Translations under genes and position numbers: made by a program
The notes under the pieces: generated by a model
The model's database searches: none
Seen by the model: the letters and a program-made list of their open reading frames with translations, nothing else
Told to the model about the DNA's origin: nothing
DNA from: an uncultured Acidobacteriota bacterium
GTDB taxonomy: Bacteria; Actinomycetota; Acidimicrobiia; Spongiisociales; ZC4RG35
Length of the DNA stretch: 64,000 bases
Assembly (NCBI GenBank): GCA_963725075.1
Contig: CAVRXA010000003.1
Location: forward strand, 2,485 to 66,484
Direction of reading: 5' to 3'
Shown: one piece after another, positions 60,272-64,000 of the stretch
Position numbering within the stretch: position 1 is the first letter of the stretch
How the letters are laid out: every line of letters starts with the position of its first letter

Positions 60272-61387
60272 ATGAGCGACCGGCCACCGTTCCGAGCAGA
60301 CCATGTGGGCAGCTTCCTTCGGCCCAAGACTGTGGTGGACGCTCGGGCGCAACGCGCCGAAGGCGACATCGGCCCTGAGGAGCTGAGAGAGGTCGAAGAC
60401 GAGGCGATCGCCGAGGTGGTGCGACAGCAGGAGGACATCGGTCTCCAGGGGATCACCGATGGCGAGTTCCGTCGCTTCATGTTCCATGTCGACTTCCTCG
60501 AGCAGCTCGATGGGGTGACGGTCACCGAGGGCAATTTCCTGGCCAGGTTCCATCGCCTGGACGGGTCGGAGATCGAGTTCTCCCCGCCGACCATGGGGGT
60601 CGACGGCCCGATCCGTCATGCCCGGCCCATCCAGGGGCCGGATTTCGACTATCTCGCCTCCCAGGTCACCAAGACTCCCAAGGTCTCGATCCCCGCCCCC
60701 TCGATGCTGCATTTCCGGGGCGGCCGGCAGGGGATCAGCGAGGACGTCTACCCGGATCTCGAGCAGTTCTTCGACGACCTCACCGCCGCCTATCGGGAGG
60801 AGATCGCCGATCTGGCGTCACGTGGGGCCCGTTATGTGCAGATGGACGACACCAACCTCGCCTATCTCTGCGATCCCGAGGTCCGGGAGCGCACCGCCGC
60901 CCGGGGGGATGACCCCGATGAGCTGACCAGGCTCTACAGCCGTCTTGTCAACGACGCCTTCTCCGACCGCCCCGATGACATGGTTGCCACGATCCATCTC
61001 TGCCGAGGCAACTTCCAGAGCGCCTGGGTGACCAAGGGCGGGTACGAGCCGGTGGCGGAGATCCTGTTCAACGAGATGGATGTCGACGCCTTCTTCCTCG
61101 AATACGACGACGAGCGCTCCGGCGACTTCGCACCCCTCCGGTTCGTCCCGGCCAACAAGATGGTCGTGCTCGGGCTGATGAGCTCGAAACTGGCCGAGGT
61201 CGAAGACGCCGACGAGGTGAAGAAGCGGATCGACGAGGCGGCGGAATATGTGCCACTGGACCAGCTCGCTCTGAGCCATCAATGCGGGTTCTCCTCCACT
61301 GTCCACGGCAACAAGCTGAGCCCCGACGACCAATGGCGGAAGCTGGCCCGCACCGTCGAGGTGGCTCACGACGTCTGGGGTTACTGA
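60272..61387 (+). CDS. Core (single-barrel) cobalamin-independent methionine synthase-like protein
   Basis: RADHVGSFLRP, TDGEFRR, Zn ligands HLCRGN / LEYD / QCGF; 371 aa, lacks the N-terminal folate barrel. Confidence 0.88.
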   Translation: MSDRPPFRADHVGSFLRPKTVVDARAQRAEGDIGPEELREVEDEAIAEVVRQQEDIGLQGITDGEFRRFMFHVDFLEQLDGVTVTEGNFLARFHRLDGSEIEFSPPTMGVDGPIRHARPIQGPDFDYLASQVTKTPKVSIPAPSMLHFRGGRQGISEDVYPDLEQFFDDLTAAYREEIADLASRGARYVQMDDTNLAYLCDPEVRERTAARGDDPDELTRLYSRLVNDAFSDRPDDMVATIHLCRGNFQSAWVTKGGYEPVAEILFNEMDVDAFFLEYDDERSGDFAPLRFVPANKMVVLGLMSSKLAEVEDADEVKKRIDEAAEYVPLDQLALSHQCGFSSTVHGNKLSPDDQWRKLARTVEVAHDVWGY

Positions 61388-61418
61388 GTCAACTGACTGA
61401 CCGGTCGGGTAGGATCGG

Positions 61419-63049
61419 ATGGTGATCGATTTCCAGACCGATCCCGGCCGATACCGCCACTGGCGTCTCCGCTTCGAAGGGCCGGTGGCCTTCCTCGACA
61501 TGGATGTCGACCCGGCCGGCGGGCTCCACGAGGGCTACGAGATGAAGCTCAACTCGTACGACCTCGGTGTGGATATCGAGCTGGCAGACGCCGTGCAGCG
61601 TCTCCGCTTCGAGCACCCCGAGGTGGGGGCGGTGGTGATCGGCTCGCTGAACGACCGGGTCTTCTGCGCCGGAGCCAACATCGGAATGCTCGCCATCTCG
61701 CCCCACCCCCTCAAGGTCAACTTCTGCAAATTCACGAACGAGACCAGACACGCCATCGAGGACGCCACTGCCAACTCCGGACAGCGCTACCTCACCGCCC
61801 TGAAGGGGAATGCCGCCGGCGGCGGATACGAGCTCGCCCTCGCCACCGACCACATCATGCTCATCGACGACGGCTCGTCTTCGGTTGCCTTGCCCGAGGT
61901 CCCGCTGCTCGGGGTCCTGCCCGGGACCGGTGGCCTCACCCGACTGACCGACAAGCGGCACGTCCGCCGTGATCGCGCCGATGTGTTCTGCACCGTCGAG
62001 GAGGGGATCAAGGGCAAGCGCGCACTGGAGTGGCGTCTCGTCGACGAGCTGGTTGCCTCCTCTTCGTTCGATGAGACGGTCAAGAGCCGGGCGCTGGAGA
62101 TGGCCGCGGCCACCGATCGTCCTGCGACCGCCGATGGTGTGGAGCTCCCCCCGCTCCAACGCGAACTGGGCGAGGACATCGTCACCTACAGCTCCATCGA
62201 GGTCGAGATAGATCGGTCTCGCCGCATCGCCACTCTGACCATTCTCGGGCCGGAAGACGACGCTCGAGATCGGAGCGCCGGGTTCTGGCCCTTGCGTCTG
62301 GCCCGTGAGCTCGATGACGCCATTCTCCATCTGCGGGTCAACGAGCTCGAGATCGGCACCCTCATTCTGCGCAGCGCAGGCGACCCAGCCCTGGTCGAAG
62401 GGTTCGACCGCCTCCTCGACGAATCACGAGGACGACTGGTTCCTCGAGGGAAGTGGCGCTGTATTGGAAGCGTCTCTTGAAGCGGGTTGATGCCACCTCC
62501 CGAACCATGATCTGCCTGGTGGAGCCGGGGAGCTGCTTCGTCGGCTTCCTGGCCGAGCTGGTCCTTGCCGCCGACCGCAGCTACATGCTCGATGGCTCCT
62601 GGCCCGGAGAGGAGGCGGAGGCCGTGATGAAGCTCACCCGCTCGTCGACCGGGCTGCTCCCCATGGCCAACGATCTGACCCGTCTCGAGACCAGGTTCTG
62701 GGGCGACGATGCCGGTCTCAAGATGGCCATGAACGCAGTCGGGCACCCAATCGGGGCGGCCGAGGCCTACGAGGCGGGTCTGGTGACCGACGTCATGGAC
62801 GACATCGACTGGGAAGACGAGTTGCGGGTGATGCTCGAGGAGAGGGCCGGATTCTCCCCGGACAGCCTGACCGGCATGGAGGCCAATCTTCGCTTCCCAG
62901 GGCCGGAGACCATGGAGACCAAGATCTTCGGCCGCTTGACGGCCTGGCAGAACTGGGTGTTCTCGCGACCCAACGCCTCGGGCGAGACGGGTGCGCTGCG
63001 GAGATACGGGACCGGTCTCCGTCCCGACTATGACCAGAGGAGGGTGTGA
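61419..63049 (+). CDS. boxC: 2,3-epoxybenzoyl-CoA dihydrolase (frameshift ~62430)
   Basis: IDFQTDP.RY.HW, KLNSYDLGVDIELADA.QRLRFEHP, HPLKVNFCKFTNETR, ETMETKIFGRLTAWQNW. Confidence 0.95.
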
Positions 63050-64000
63050 TGACCGCCGAGATGGTCGACTATGACCTGTTGATCCCGAACAACGTCGGTC
63101 TCGCCGAAGACCCCAAGCTCCGTCGGGCCCTGGAGCAGTGGCATCCCGGATACATCGACTGGTGGATGTCGATGGGGCCCGACGGGTTCCAGATGGCCGA
63201 TGTCTGGCTGCGCACCGCGATCAGCGTCGAGAAGGAGGGTTGGGCCAAGTTCGACTACGTGAAAATGCCCGAATACCGGTGGGGGATCCTCCTCGCGCCT
63301 GCAGTGGACGACCGCACCATCCCCTGCGGCGAGCATGTCGGCGAGCCGGTGTGGACCGAGGTGCCCGGGGCATACCGGGCCATGCTGCGGCGGCTCATCG
63401 TGATCCAGGGGGACACCGAGCCGGCATCGGTCGAGCAGCAGCGATTCCTCGGCTCGACCGCCCCGTCCATCTACGACATGCGCAATCTGTTCCAGGTCAA
63501 CGTCGAAGAGGGCCGCCACCTGTGGGCGATGGTCTATCTCCTCCAGAAGTACTTCGGGCGAGACGGGCGAGAGGAGGCTCAGGAACTGCTCGAGCGTCAG
63601 TCGGGTAGCGCCGAGAAGCCACGGATGCTGGGGGCCTTCAACGAGTCGACCCCGGACTGGCTCTCCTTCTTCATGTTCACCTACTTCACCGATCGTGACG
63701 GGAAGATGCAGCTCGAGGCTCTTGCCCAGTCCGGGTTCGATCCGCTGTCCCGGACCTGCCGGTTCATGCTGGCCGAGGAGGCTCACCACATGTTCGTGGG
63801 GTATACGGGGGTGAAGCGGATCGTGGAGCGCACCGCCCAGGCGATGGTGGATGGCGGTGTCGAGGACCCGTACGACACCGATGCCGTGCGTCGTCTCGGG
63901 GTGATCGACCTCCCTGCCATCCAGCGCAAGGTCAACCTTCATTTCTCCCTGACGCTCGATCTCTTCGGCTCGGAGGAGTCCACCAACGCCGCCAACTTCT
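63049..64000 (+). CDS. boxB: Benzoyl-CoA 2,3-epoxidase subunit B (3' truncated; absent from the ORF track because it has no stop in the window)
   Basis: Translated by hand: IPNNV.L..D.KLRRALEQWHPGY..WW..MGP.GFQ, LRTA, QGDTEPASVEQQ, VNVEEGRHLW, EEAHHM di-iron motifs. Confidence 0.95.
   Translation, partial: MTAEMVDYDLLIPNNVGLAEDPKLRRALEQWHPGYIDWWMSMGPDGFQMADVWLRTAISVEKEGWAKFDYVKMPEYRWGILLAPAVDDRTIPCGEHVGEPVWTEVPGAYRAMLRRLIVIQGDTEPASVEQQRFLGSTAPSIYDMRNLFQVNVEEGRHLWAMVYLLQKYFGRDGREEAQELLERQSGSAEKPRMLGAFNESTPDWLSFFMFTYFTDRDGKMQLEALAQSGFDPLSRTCRFMLAEEAHHMFVGYTGVKRIVERTAQAMVDGGVEDPYDTDAVRRLGVIDLPAIQRKVNLHFSLTLDLFGSEESTNAANF

Noticed and set aside
1290-63049. At least 17 genes interrupted by frameshifts (pseudogenisation or programmed frameshifting?)
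   Set aside because: The breaks are scattered single indels in all pathways, with intact motifs on both sides, no accumulation of nonsense codons and no shared slippery sequence. This fits uncorrected long-read error best; short-read polishing would decide.

Overview
High-GC, densely coding bacterial DNA, most consistent with an actinobacterium, possibly Acidimicrobiia (inferred from an F420-dependent Ddn protein, ECF42/YciI, an Rv1900c-like cyclase, a MazEF5-like TA pair and several apparently leaderless promoters). At least 17 genes are split by single indels, which most likely reflects long-read sequencing error. Three catabolic blocks dominate. (1) About 3.3-24.8 kb: a methylated-osmolyte/C1 island with a ProVWX-type transporter, BetB, an SDR, dimethylglycine dehydrogenase plus ETF, a split B12-dependent methionine synthase/corrinoid module with a RamA-like activator, a non-pyrrolysine MttB, a MetF-like protein, IclR and a DmdA-like demethylase. 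A SAM-II-like riboswitch sits before the homocysteine methyltransferase. (2) About 34.3-46.5 kb: a complete L-rhamnose uptake and catabolism cluster, followed by CopB. (3) About 48.5-64 kb: an aromatic island with benzoate-CoA ligase, 4-oxalomesaconate pathway genes, a Liv-type ABC transporter, a VOC extradiol dioxygenase, a methyltransferase-like gene plus a core MetE, and boxC-boxB. Best leads read from the DNA: the SAM-II-like riboswitch; twin operators of identical spacing for IclR; a LacI operator shared by lacI and the aromatic operon 19 kb away; an ECF sigma coupled to a membrane protein ending in a catalytically dead hydrolase; and a probable VOC-type gallate dioxygenase. No rRNA, tRNA, CRISPR array or transposase was seen.
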